A stretch of 64,000 nucleotides of DNA, from NCBI GenBank assembly GCA_037447605.1, contig CM074808.1:3534001-3598000 (forward strand). Reading direction: 5' to 3'. The stretch comes from Zygnema circumcarinatum SAG 698-1b (lineage: Eukaryota; Plantae; Zygnematophyceae). The translations under genes and the position numbers were made by a program. The notes beneath the pieces are model-generated. The model searched no databases. It was not told where the DNA came from and saw only the letters and a list, made by a program, of their open reading frames with translations. Below are positions 46,647 to 58,931 of this stretch, one piece after another. The first letter of the stretch is position 1; every line of letters starts with the position of its first letter.

Positions 46647-47205
46647 NNNNNNNNNNNNNNNNNNNNNNNNNNNNNNNNNNNNNNNNNNNNNNNNNNNNNN
46701 NNNNNNNNNNNNNNNNNNNNNNNNNNNNNNNNNNNNNNNNNNNNNNNNNNNNNNNNNNNNNNNNNNNNNNNNNNNNNNNNNNNNNNNNNNNNNNNNNNNN
46801 NNNNNNNNNCAGGCGACCGTAGGGCCGTAGGCGGGCGACCTCGCTCGCCCGGCGCTCACTGCGTTCGCTTGTTTCACCGTAAAACCGAGCGAGCGCAGCG
46901 AGCAAGTCGAGCGCAGTGGAACAAGCTACTGAAAGTAGCGCCGTGACGCAGTCACAGGCTACCGAAGGTAGCGCAGAGTGCAGAGTGCATAGCGCTATGA
47001 GCGAGCTTGTTTTCCCCTTCACGCTCTTGTTTCAACCAAACGGTCGCCTACCTACGGCCCAAGGCTTGTTTGCTTCGTCGTCGATCGCTTGTGTTCGATT
47101 GCTTCGCGACAAGCTTTGAGCGTGTTCACGCATTTGAGCGCTGCGTTGCAGCGCTCGGCTCAGGTCGTCTCCTATCATAAAAGCAGCAGACTTGATTCTG
47201 AAATA

Positions 47206-47525
47206 TTAATGAAGATTTATTGCGTCATTTAGGTAAATACATATTAAAATAGTGAACACATAGGCTTGTAATACAGCAACGCCGAGCTCTAATCCAATTA
47301 AAGCAAACACTATCAACAGAGGCGCAAGATGAGCTAGATACATAATACCTCCCATAGACAACATAGTCCAGGCAAATCCACTTAATATTTTAACTAAACT
47401 ATGGCCAGCCATCATATTTGCAAATAATCGAATTCCTAAACTGATTGCTCGAAAACAATAAGAGATCAATTCTAAAAGTACTAAAAAAGGCGCTAAAGGC
47501 AAAGGTACTCCCTGTGGTAATAATA
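47206..47525 (-). pseudogene. atp6: Mitochondrial ATP synthase subunit a, exon 2 only (NUMT fragment)
   Basis: LLPQGVPLPLAPFLVLLELISYCFRAISLGIRLFANMMAGHSLVKILSGFAWTMLSMGG...QAYVFTILICIYLNDAINLH*. The 5' half is absent, and the exon is preceded by only intron domain VI sequence. Confidence 0.93.
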
Positions 47526-49269
47526 ATAGAGTCAAAAATTCAACCATAAAGAACGGCAAAAAAAAGTATCTGCAGTCTTCATTGCTTCAGCCTTTGGAAG
47601 GGAGAAGCGCAGCTCACCGGCCGCTGTCAGCAGTCGGACGGCGCGGCCGGGACCGAGCGCCTCGCAATGCGTCCGCGGGAGCGCGTCCGCCGAGCCTGCG
47701 CCCATGCACGCTTGGGACCGTCTTCAAATTGCGCCTCCTCCCTTCTCCTCTCTCCCTCCTCTCTCTCTCTCTCTCCTCCCACACCCCTCCCTCTCTCCTC
47801 CGCGGAGCCATCGAGCAGCCCCCCACTGCACGCGGCTGGCGGCAAAGCAGAGAAGTGATATCGCACTGCCCACAAGGAGCGCTTCCTCATATCGCAGCAC
47901 AAAGACCTAGTTTTTGAGAAGGCCATGACGCCGCCCCTATGTCCTAAGCGACAGCGGCGACTCCTCCTGACCCGACGACCGCAACGTGACTTCACTTTTG
48001 TGCGCACACCACATCGGCATCAGCATGCCTGAGTAGGAGATTTTTCTCCACCTCGTCCTTGCGTGCTTCAGAGGACGGGGAATAATCACATGTTTCTTTT
48101 CAAGACGATGCCCGCCTTTTCCTTTCGTGCTTTCCTACTAGCGCAACTTTTCTCTGATTGAATGTGACGAAGCTTAAGATATGCTTGTTCTTGTATTCAA
48201 TCACCAAACAAGCAGACGCCTTCGCATGAAAGCTGGAGAGTACCGGTGTGTTTCAGTATAGCAGCGTCTAGCATCCGCATGTTTTGCCGAGCGATGCATT
48301 GCTGCCTCTACATATCGTTATTAAGTGTGCTCCAACTGCTATCTCAGTGGCTCTGAGGCTGCTCAGCGGCTCCGCTCAGCGAAGATGTGCCTTCTTTGTT
48401 GCAGGCCGGCCTTGTAGCTCTTTCCTCTCTTGAACACAGACACCGAAAGCAATATGCTCCCGCACTCGAGCAGTCCAGCAGTGACACGACTGGAAATGCT
48501 TGAAAGAAGAATTTGAGAGCTACATAGGAGAGCAGAAACGATGGCCTTCTCCATTTCGGACACTCGTCACAGCACTGAAATGGCTTTGCTTACTGCGTCG
48601 ACAAGAGCACGGAATGGAATGCAGTCTTTTGGCGCTACGGCTCAGCTTTTTGGCATTCTTGAAAATTCCTTTCAAGTTTGCCCACGAGTATGCACACTGG
48701 GCTACTTCCTGCCTTACAGCACAAAATGCAATTCTGCCAAGGTTCAAGTTCCTTCTGTTGTTACGTTTTGGAGGTATCTCCAGCCCCATCGCAGCTGCCG
48801 TTGAAGCGGAGCCGCCGCCGGCATAAGCGGCCCAATGTAGCAGCACACACAATGTTGTACACCTCATGAGCCACCACTCACACCCATCCCTAGCCCTCCC
48901 CCAACCATGCCATGTACAACAACAACAACAACCCCTCCCAATAGCCCCCATCTGTAGCGCCTCACGCCCTCGCTCCCACGTCCCAAGCCCACCTCCCCTC
49001 CCCCCACTCCCCTTTGTAGGCCCGGCAATTTTTTGTTTGCCCTACGGCCCCCACCAACGTGGCGGGCGGAAGGCGGAACGCCAACCGCCGGCTGCCACGT
49101 AGCGGGCCGATTCAACCGCCGTCTGGAAGCAGCCGGCGGCCGTACACTTCAGGGACCGGACGGACAACCGGGCGGGGGGGATTGTCGTTTTGGAGGACCG
49201 GTGGAGTATTGGAATATCGCCAACGTATCGGGGATCACGAAACGACCACTGACGGCCAAGGCCGGCCGG

Positions 49270-49625
49270 CATCACTCATCGTACGGAATACCCGTACAGT
49301 AGGGAGTCCTCATATTTTCCACCCTCTTAAGTGCGTTCCCAAGAAATTCGCCCTGATTTTGCCGAAACCACTTTTCTGTACGGTAAGTCTGTGTTAGCCT
49401 TACTACCCGTACTATTCGTACTACCCGTACATGCTGTACTAGCCGTTACGGGCTTAAGCAAAACTCACCGAATCTTCCCGCACGCGCCGCCGTAAGAGGC
49501 GCTCGCTCCTCTCCCCATTCTTCTTGGCTTCGACACGACATAATACGATACGATACCGAGCGATACAACGAGGTACGGAACGATACGGTACGACATGGTA
49601 CGGTACGATACGTACGAACCTACAT
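49270..49625. repeat. CGTAC/GATAC-rich repeat cluster
   Basis: CCCGTAC, TTCGTAC, TACGATACGATAC and GGTACGGTACGATACGTACG motifs; non-coding. Confidence 0.7.
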
Positions 49626-50104
49626 GAACTCTAACATAATACCGCCGTAACACGAACCTTACATTTGCAAAATCAAGATTTTCGCCCCATATTTGCCAAA
49701 ACCATGGCGAAAATACGAGGAACCCCTACTTTGTACATGTTCGTACTTGACCGTACACAAAGTTCTGTGTTGAGTCTGTTGACGTAGTCTTTTTGAAATC
49801 AGCCGAACTATGTTTCTTTGTGTGATTTAGCGTGAAACAGACCTGCTGACACGGTGCCCTGATCAGAAACCACGAGCATTCTGCTGTGACGACTCATTAG
49901 TTTTGATGCTGTGGGCTTTCGGAGAAGAGGAAACAGAGAAGCGGTTGTTCCTGATTACTTTGTTTATAGTAGCAAAAAAACTAATATAAGGCACATGCTC
50001 AGAGCGACAAGACACGAGCAGGAACCGCAGGAAGGCACAGCTTTTGGCTTTAGTCTTCTACTTCAGTTTTTATTCTGGCGACGAATGAAGGTGGTCTAGC
50101 AGCA

Positions 50105-52884
50105 ATGGGAGACAGCCGTAAGACGTGGCCTGGAGTGAGTTATTTTTCTGGCAAATGCGAAGAAACTCGCATGTTTGATCCGCATGGCACGGCTCATCGA
50201 GGCAGAGTAAGGCAGAATGACTGCGAGCGAAGGAGTCCAAGGCAGGCTGCCGCGGACGCAGGAGCTATGCTAACTGGATGGGATCTCGGTCAAGGAAACC
50301 ATTCTGCCATTGAACCTTTTTTGAACGACATGATGAAAGAAGAAACTTTAAATGACGAGCTCTTGCAACATTTGCAAGAGAGGTCCGTAAAGAGAAAGAG
50401 GTATAACTTCTCTTGTCAAGTCCTTGAGTATTGTATGACTTGAGCATTGTATCCTCAGCAAAAGCTAATTGAGGGCTTTTGACCAATATGGATTTGAAGG
50501 TAATCGGAACGATATGAATTTCCTTTAGTTGACTGGCCGGCTATAAGAAATTAGAACATTTGCTGTTTGTAATTACCCTGCTCAAACGTGTGCCTTCTCA
50601 AGAAGAAACTTCCCCCATTTGCAGTAGGTCATATACTTTTTACTGCTGGATTGGCAGGATAGGTTCAGAACTAAGGGAGGAATTGAAGCATTTGTTCGAG
50701 GAGAGGAGGCGAAGCCAAGCAGTGGAGCAGGAACTTGAACGGCGGGTTGCCACTCTTGCAGGCGTGGCAGCGAAGGTGAGAGGAGAATTACCACCACGTC
50801 CACTGGACTTTTATATTAACCAGCTTCAAGGTTCCTAGTATGTTTTTGTTCTAGCTGAAAGAGCGACGCTCTTCAATCATATACCAGGAGTGCCGTTTAA
50901 TATTTTTCAAACATAGACGTGAAAGGAGTAGGGCGAGATGGCTTTCATTTAGTCAACAATCGACGGTGTGTGGAATGCAGGAGGCCAAAGCAGAGGCGTT
51001 GAAGGTCGAACTTGAAGCTTTCAGCTCTGACCTTTCCATTAAGGTGGGCGGTATTCTCCGATAGTTTGTCATATTCTTGTTTGTTTATTAAGCTTTTGCA
51101 AGCTGAATAACGGGGCCTGGTTTTTTACGACTCCGGATAGTCCTATTTCATGCTGGCAAATCTAGAGCTTTACTGTGCACTTTAAGGGCTGTGCGGCCCA
51201 CGCCCGCTCAGCTTGCATTAGTACACAGCAAAGGAATGTATCGTTAATAGCAGCTTTGCGTCCGTCAATAGTCAATCTAAGCTCGACCTCTCTTTACTGT
51301 AGCAACATTATGTTATGGCAGGAAGCAGAACTTCAAAGGAGGGAGAGGTCAGTGAAGGCGGCTGAGGAATCTCTCATTTCGAGGGAGAAGGATTTAGTGA
51401 AGAAATTACATGATTTGGAGATGAGAGAAAAGGAAATTGCTGAACGTGAGATGCAGACTCGCCGTTTGCGACGACGCAAAACAACAGGTGTAGGCTACAC
51501 GGCACAGCATCGCCTTGAAGGACATTCTCGGGAGCAGGATCTGCTGACTCTTCCTGCTCCAGCTTGTAAGCTTGAAGAAGAACAGCGCTGCAATTCTCCA
51601 CCTTTCCAAGAGAACAATCAGAAGCTAGTCGTTGCTCTGCTGGAAGTGGAGCATTTCCTCCAGGAAACACCCTCTCCTTGCTCCTCCCTGCTTTTGAATG
51701 GATCAGTCGGTGGGAATCAGCTTACTCAGGATTCATCGTCTGAACTGCTGGGGAAAGAGGAAACTTTCGGAAACAACGTGACACCGGCCGATAATGTTTG
51801 GATTCTTGCACTACCTGCTGTGGTGCGCCAACCACCTTCATCTGCTTCGAGCGGTAAAGCTGCAAGGAAGGAGAGGGTGAAGGAAAGCATGGATGAAAAT
51901 TTTGTTATTGGACAGTCTGAACTCCATGCCAGCTGTATTGCAGCCGGCATAAGTGGGAAGCCTCATTCAAATCTTGGGAATCATGAGGAGGATGATATTG
52001 TTGGTAAAGCAGGAGGGAAAGGTGGAAACGGCAGAAACAGCCGCGCGACTTTGGAGGAAGCCCTGAAGCAGGATATGCCAGAGCTTTTTGCGAGTATGCA
52101 AGAGAAGGGGTTGCTTGAGGATATGACGAGCTTTGATCGCGTGCTGTTGGAGGATGATAAAGATGAAGACATTGATGGACTTGCAAGTCACGGGGGCTTC
52201 ACAGCACTGCAAAAAGTCTTACGAAAACTTTTTGAAAAGTCCCAGGAGGGAGGACGTTGCCCAAGTTCAGGATGGCAGCAAGTAAACCAGATGAGCACCC
52301 TTTTGAACGGCCGGCAAAAGTATTGTATGGAGAACCTTGTCGCTCTTTTGGATCAAATGAAAGCAGTCAGACGTGCCGGGTGGCCTGTAATGTGGAGCTG
52401 GAGTCGAAGAACAAGGGCGTTTGTTTTTGTCTTCAATCGGCATAATCGGATCGTCTTGGAGTGGCCTGAGTACGGAAATGCGACGTACTTTTTTGAACTG
52501 GAGGCAGACATGGCCGTGGAGTGGCAAGTGAAACGTATTCTGGCAGTGATGGCAGCTTCATATGTGGGCAAAGCCTCAATAATCGAAAACAAGTGCCTTG
52601 AAGTAGGGGTCGATATAAGTGTGCAGGAGGGCACGTTGCTTCAATGTTATGGGTGGTCCCCGAGCAGTGGCCTGGGATCACTTCTGAACTACTGTGACCG
52701 ACTCTTCCATGACTACAAAAAAGTGGACAAAGGTGAATCTTTTCAGCGAGCCATCTCAGTATGGAGAGAAAGAATTGGCAAAAGGCTGGTAGAGGGGATT
52801 GGTCGAGGCGGCCGAACAAGGGAACTTCCAGAGGCTTATCTTCTGTGGAACAGGCATCGGTCAGAAGATGAATCTCACATCTAA
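50105..52884 (+). CDS. Uncharacterised protein: N-terminal coiled coil, low-complexity middle, conserved-looking plant-type C-terminal domain; multi-exon with a terminal exon of about 1.56 kb
   Basis: In-phase exons IGSELREELKHLFEERRRSQAVEQELERRVATLAGVAAK and EAKAEALKVELEAFSSDLSIK, then the terminal exon from about 51321 to stop 52884. It contains KYCMENLVALL..GWPVMWSWSR..FVFVFNRHNRIVLEWPEYGNATYFFEL..WQVKRI..YGWSPSSGLGSLLNYCDRLFHD, which I recall from unannotated land-plant proteins. Start codon uncertain. Confidence 0.75.
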
Positions 52885-53868
52885 CAAAGGGGCGAGATCA
52901 AACCACCTCTAGAATTTATGAGTTTCTGGCTCGTCAATTTCATGCTACTCACCCCAATCTCTTTTACCTCGTCATGTATGCTTTGTTTGAATGAAAGAAA
53001 GGATATATAATGTGTCGGACGGTGGATACGGCCACTTGAAACTAGTCTTTTACTGCTTACTACTGAATCCAGTCAGCGTATTCTCGTACTGGTTAATTCT
53101 TAGTTCCTATTAGTCATGTTTGTTCAGACGGTTGGTTTGGATCGACTGGGTCTCATAGCTTTGACTGGCAGCATGCCCCATGTCACAGGCCATTTGCTGC
53201 ATGGCACATATCATTCGCCATGCATTTCATACAGTCTCATCATAGGCAGAGACAGGTCCACATTATATTATAGGGCTGCTAAATCTTGAGGATTCATGTT
53301 TCTCGGCGAATAAGTTGTGACAGCGGAATAAAAATATTTCTTTTGCAAGTGTTATGATTTTTCAAAAAGATTGATATGCCTACAGATGGGACTCACAGGC
53401 CTAAAATTCACTGTTGGAATTCAAATTCGGTCCCGTTTTCCAGCGCAATAATACTAGTAAAATAGTACTTTAGCACAATTCCCATGTCGGTTTTTTCCAA
53501 AGTCTGCACCCCCTTATTGACCCACCATGGAAAATCCAACTAGGAACCCGGTAACAAATTTAATCAGAGATCTCAATGTCGGACAAATTTACATGGCAAA
53601 CCCAATACTGGTCAGTGCTGTTGAAGGCACCGTCAATGAAAGCCCATCATATGCTCTACATCATATGAACAAAATCCCATTAATCGACTCAACTGAAGCT
53701 TTCATCTGATGGGCGGCGCCTCCAAGCACACAGAAGAGTGGCAAAATGAGAAAACCATTGCTTCAAAAACTAGGAAGGTCGTCACTATGACATGTCCGCA
53801 ACCCTAAAACCCTAAAAACCAAAAAAAAAAAGGGTCCTAGAAACACTACGATGGACATTCGGGGTCCG

Positions 53869-56800
53869 TCATTTGAGTTGGTGAGTGAACACAAGGAGCA
53901 CCGCCGTGCAGTTGTCTTTGCAGCGCCTTTCGCGGATGGCCTCGCGCACCAGTCGCCTGCAGGCCACCTCTGCGCTCGCTCCTTCCTGGCAACAGGAGGA
54001 AGGAAAAAAAAAGACAAAAGAAGTGAAAAAGAAAACAAGTCCGAGCCGTAATAAAACGCAGTTCTTGCTTCTCATGCCAAGCAATAGCAGGAGTTCCAGC
54101 TCTCCCTTCCCACTGTCAACTTCTTTTGTTTTCCACTCTTATCTCTCCTCTCGCCTTCTCCTTCCATCAGCTCTCTTTCTTCTTCTGACAAGCATCCTTT
54201 TCAGCCCTGTGCCTCTCTCTGCCGCACCAAACAAAACCTCGCGGAATTCGCACGTGCAGACATCTCGCCCTAGGCTCGAGGTGCAAGGAGTGGCAGTGCA
54301 CACCTTTAGTTGCTCTTCCACAAACTTCACCGCATCCTCAGTCCCAAACACCTGCAATGAGGGGAGAATACATACAAATAGAAGCAAATTACCAAGGAAA
54401 CGGCTATTCATAGAAAAAAAGAGGATCACGATACGCGACGGTCCCAAAAGCCCTCCCACGAAATGTTCCATCCGATATAGCCTCACTTCGGAAAATGTAG
54501 CCTGACGCACAACTGACGGACAGGGAATATACCAAGTAAAACATATTGAGAAAGAAGAGAGTGAGTGGAGGGGGGGAGGGGGAGTGGAGAGGGAGAGGGA
54601 GGGGGAAGGGAAGGGGTAGGGGTAGGGAGAGGGGGGTAGAGGGAGAGGGAAAGGAAGAGGGAAGGGGAGCGAGGGAGAAAGAGGAGGCGGGAGAGGGAGA
54701 AAGTGTGAGAGAGAGTGAGAAAGAGCAGCTTGTCAAAGAGCCCTCACCCCCCACAAGCCGTCACAGCCGAGAATAAGAAAGCGCTCTCGCTGAGACAGCT
54801 CAAAGGCTGCAACATCAGCGACCGCAGATAAGCCCGCCTGTGAATTTCACAACCGACCAGCCCACTCCCTATCAGCTATTCTTGTCCGCGTAAACAAAAC
54901 ATAAAGTCTCAATGCAGTAGTTAAAGTTAGAAAGGCGAATCCACGTCTTGAGAGATGTGAACGGAGTCCCATGCGGTTATGATTGCAGTTCACATTTAAC
55001 CAATCTGAGACACGAAGGAGGCTACGAAATCTGTAACCTTTTTGAAGGGTCTGTCTCCAAGTGCTCGTGAGACCTCCACACGTCCAAGGAGACGCCCATC
55101 TTTGGCCACATAACCGCCCGCCTGAAAAGCTCGAGACATATTATGGATATTAAACTTGAACATGATATTAATCGCACCCAACTCTTCAAATTTTAAATCC
55201 TGTACCAAACCTCTGTTTCCGGAATGCTCCACCTGCTCTCGCCAAACATATTCCATTCCACATTCTTTTGCATGTTCACATTGCCTTCATGGAGGCTAAC
55301 ATGATAGCGATGAAGAGTGCTTTCTTTCTCTGAGATGAGGGATAGCCCATACAAGTAGTCGAAAAACAGGAGGGACTCGATGCATGCATGAACCTTTGAT
55401 TAAGCCTTCTCTACATTTTCTCTACATAAGAACTGTCAATCAAACACTGTAATGGTGTGTACCACATGTATGAGATTCACGGATTTACGGGCACTGTCAA
55501 TGAGCTTACATTTTCCCTTAAGTTACGAAATGCACAGTCGGAAGAATCTCAGTTGTACACCCACCTTTTCTATGCGTGCTCTTTCAGAAGGGAAGATGGC
55601 CTTGTGAGACCTTGTAATTACAACTCCCTTTAAAGGCACGCTTTGACTCTTAGAAGCTGACCCCTCATTGGCTGCAAGAACTGAGGGCGTTGAATCTTGA
55701 GCAGGTGGAGGAGCCCTTGCCAGAACCGCCATAGCATCTCCCAAATTTGCCACAAATACCTGCGAGAAAATCACATCTCTTCAGAAGAGCTAAAATGGCG
55801 GGCCATGCATTCTAAATGTATGAGAAATACGGCATCCTTACTATGCATACGTAAGCGAACGCTCATAAGCCAGTAGTAAACCAAACCGATAGCCTATTCA
55901 CGGGGCTGATTGAATGTTCAGTTCAAACACTCCAACCTACAGCCAATTGGGTAGAAGCTGAAATCATCTGCGGTAGGACGGAAGTAGGTCGGTTTGTGCC
56001 GATTAAGAGGAACAAAATGTAGGACACCGACACAAAGCGTAGATTTTGGCACCTAGGGATTGCAGTTAACTCACCATCTGTCCGAGAATCCAAACGCAAA
56101 CAGCTGCTGCTCCATCAAGCCATCCCTCTGCACTCGCAGAATCGATAAGGAAGTAAGTTCGTCTCGAAGCAAAAGTTAAGAACAAGGAGAACGGAAAGAA
56201 AGTCTCATGAAATGAGGAGGTGCCAGTCAGTAAGACCTATATATTTTGCTGTTTATTTCCCGAACAAGCTTCTACAACAGAAGGAACATCCTGGACCACC
56301 CTTTCTCTCTCTTTATTGCTGCGCTGTCCCTGCCCACTCCTCTCCTTTCCCTCTCATCACACCTCCTCGCACCTTCTCCTTCTCTCACACACACGCACAC
56401 AATCACACATACTGTGTCAAAGAGAGTTACCTGCAGCGCTGACCTTGAGGAGGTCCTCATCAAGCTTCTTTATTCCTGCACAAATCGAACATAACGTCAA
56501 AAGGACAAATCAACTTTCAACATAGCATTATCTTGTAACCTCGAAACTCTTTCACTCTACTTCACCCTACTGATGGTTTGTTGTCACCGTGTTGAGATTT
56601 GATTCACATAGTTAGCATACAAGGCACTCCTCCCACTCTCACTCTCATCACCACACCTCCACCTCCTCCCCCATCTCTCTCTCTCTCACGCACACACGCA
56701 CAACCAGGAAACTGGAAAACAAACAGAAGTTCACCTTCAATAATCGCTTTTTTTGCCACCTTAGGATTTAACTGGTGCCCATCCCCAAAACATCCAAAGG

Positions 56801-58309
56801 GAGAAGACGAGATCAGTTACATAGATCAGTCCGAAATAACGTTCCAAGGCGAAGGGAAACCACCACCAGAAACGCAGCACACAGTGGGCTTACGATAAGG
56901 AAAGACGGATCCAAAACTGGGACTAAATTGATCTGTGGGAGTCATTATTGGTTCCAAGAGAACCGGAGATGACTATTGCCCCCAGTTCATGCTCAATTCT
57001 CGCCATGAATGGTGGAAAGTCGTCGAACCCCTAAAACGATACCTGTTTGAAGACTGCGAGTCCTATATACTCTTAACCCCTCAAAACAACCAAATACCTC
57101 ATCCTGTGGGAGCCCTGATGCCAAAACAACAGAGTTCAAGTGTGCCTTCGCATACATTGCCGCTTTACGGCCGCCATGTCCGTCATACACCGCATAATGC
57201 GAGCACCTGAACAGAATAGGATAGCAGGCTCTTGCTTAATTTCGTTGTCTTTGATTCATCCTCAAACACAAGGAAACATTGGAGTGCTCAATAATTAAAC
57301 ACGTTTTTTCAATGACACAAGCCTAGCTTATGATACTTGCGTGAACTAAAGAATAGCCTATTTAATTGAACACGACAGGATAAGCAAATGCATGCGTTGC
57401 TTGCACACAACTTTGCCAGCATCCAGGGTTGATCGTGAAAGCGCTAAGTCATCGTTCCTGTACGATGTGGGTGGACATTGCGAAGATGATTATGCTTAAG
57501 AAAACCCCAATTGATCAGATTAACTTATCTGGCAAGCAATTATGTACAGGGAATAATGCCTATGGAGGTTCAGACTTGGTAAAGCTACCTTCCCAGCATC
57601 GCCAGTTCCGAACTCAGTATCCTATTTCAACCTAAATTTCTTTGCGGGCCAAAATGCGAGGAAGCGTATTTTCACGAAAGAGTACGATAGGCATAAGGCT
57701 TACCTAAGTTGTGAATTTTAAAAATGAAGCACTTTCATCTCACCTCAATTTCGCTTTCGAATTTTCTCTGGCATCATGCAGCATGACCCACGCATCCTCC
57801 ATCGTGTGCCTCGAACCTTTGTCCTCTGCAACTCCGGCCTCCACTGTTGTTCTGAACACCCTCAAAGCCTTCATTCCTCCTCTTTGTCCTGTCGAACTCA
57901 AAATTTCGTTGCCGCCTTGCACTTGCTTCTCTGCCAGCTTTGCGTTATTTTCAGAACTCTCACCAGCATTGTTAACTGCATTCTCTCGATTCCCTCCCGC
58001 AATATTCGAAGGTATACCTCCTGACGCTTCGTCAACCCGAGCCCCAAGATTTGCATCCCCCTTTAATGATCCTATCTCCTTTCCTGATGGCTCTCCTTCC
58101 AATCCCAGCTGATTGTTATTTTGTTCACCATTCTCAGTGCTAGCCCTAACTTCATCCTTAATCCCCTCGTCTTCTCTCACAGAAATCTCCGTTTCCCTGT
58201 TCTCCAACGCAGTTCCATGCCCATCATTTGACGAGTCCCTCGCAGATGAACTACACAATCTCTTCCCTTCTTCATGAAAGGTGGGAGAGCCAGTTCTCTT
58301 GCTTGCCAT
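53869..58309 (-). CDS. Protein phosphatase 2C, ILKAP/At1g18030 (PP2C8)-type, multi-exon
   Basis: GVAEDKGSRHTMEDAWV, YDGHGG, VFVANLGDAMAVLAR, HKAIFPSERARIEK, GRLLGRVEVSRALGDRPFKK, VFGTEDAVKFV and RRLVREAIRERRCKDNCTAVLLVF; stop at 53869. Confidence 0.95.
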
Positions 58310-58931
58310 GACAGCCCTTCCTTTAAGCAGTTTTCATACTCTTTTAACTTCCCAACAACTCTTGCAAGTCTCACAAAAAAGCAGCTGCTCTTCCAAAGAG
58401 CTGGCTTTCAAGTTCCTCCAAACACCTCCTCTTCTTCTTCGTTCCTTCCAATTAATCTTTCAAAAAGATTATATACGCCACATAATTTTCTCTTCTTTTT
58501 ATAGATGTATGCCAATCGTCCCTACACAAAAATTGGACGAAATTTTGCTTTTGCAGAAAGACGGAGGCCCAGGCAAACGCCGCACTCTGCTCTCAAATGT
58601 ACGAACCAATCGAGGCTTGCCACGTAAGTACATTTGTTGGCATGGCGAGCTGTGATTGGCCGACCGACGGAATTTTGACCTGGATGGAATTTTCCTGCTC
58701 TCTTGCCTTGAGAGGTTGAGGGGGAATTTAGGGTTAGCAAGATGAGCCTTTCATTCAAATTTCTCTTCCTCGCTTCCCATATTATTTTTACTTTCATCAA
58801 TAGAGATATGTCTGAGGGGGCTTGATGATTGGGACAGCTTTATTAGACTTCAGAGAGGAGTCGCTCTGCGCTTACGCTTTATTTTTGGGAGCCCAAAATT
58901 TGGTGTTGTGCCCTTTGCATTGCTGGTGAAG

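Larger units (their letters stand above)
46393..47567 (-). other. NUMT (mitochondrial DNA insertion) containing atp6 exon 2, a group II intron 3' end and mitochondrial-type intergenic DNA; includes an N gap at 46647-46809
   Basis: AT-rich atp6 coding sequence, a canonical group II domain V and small GC-rich stem-loop repeats. A block of about 76 bp is duplicated (46394-46470 = 47489-47567). Both outer junctions run into nuclear-type sequence without a gap. Confidence 0.85.

Noticed and set aside
47206-47575. atp6 as a functional gene transferred to the nucleus (an acceptor-like CTGCAG lies near the junction)
   Set aside because: Only exon 2 is present, it is preceded by group II intron remnants, codon usage is organellar AT-rich, and no targeting-peptide exon is evident.
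47930-48951. Degenerate transposase (hAT-like) in the minus-strand ORFs upstream of the NUMT
   Set aside because: Frames are interrupted by stops and I could not identify DDE or hAT dimerisation motifs. Left unassigned apart from the tentative GEX2-like 5' exons.
51175-51320. N-terminal part of the 569-aa ORF as coding sequence
   Set aside because: It begins at a non-ATG codon and lies upstream of a GGCAG acceptor at about 51320 that joins in phase to upstream exons, so it is intronic read-through.
53798-53820. Interstitial telomeric repeat (AACCCTAAAACCCTAAAA; single AAACCCTA units also near 2597, 2630, 7610, 34551, 61198)
   Set aside because: Only one or two imperfect units each; at most telo-box-like motifs, not a telomere array or fusion scar.
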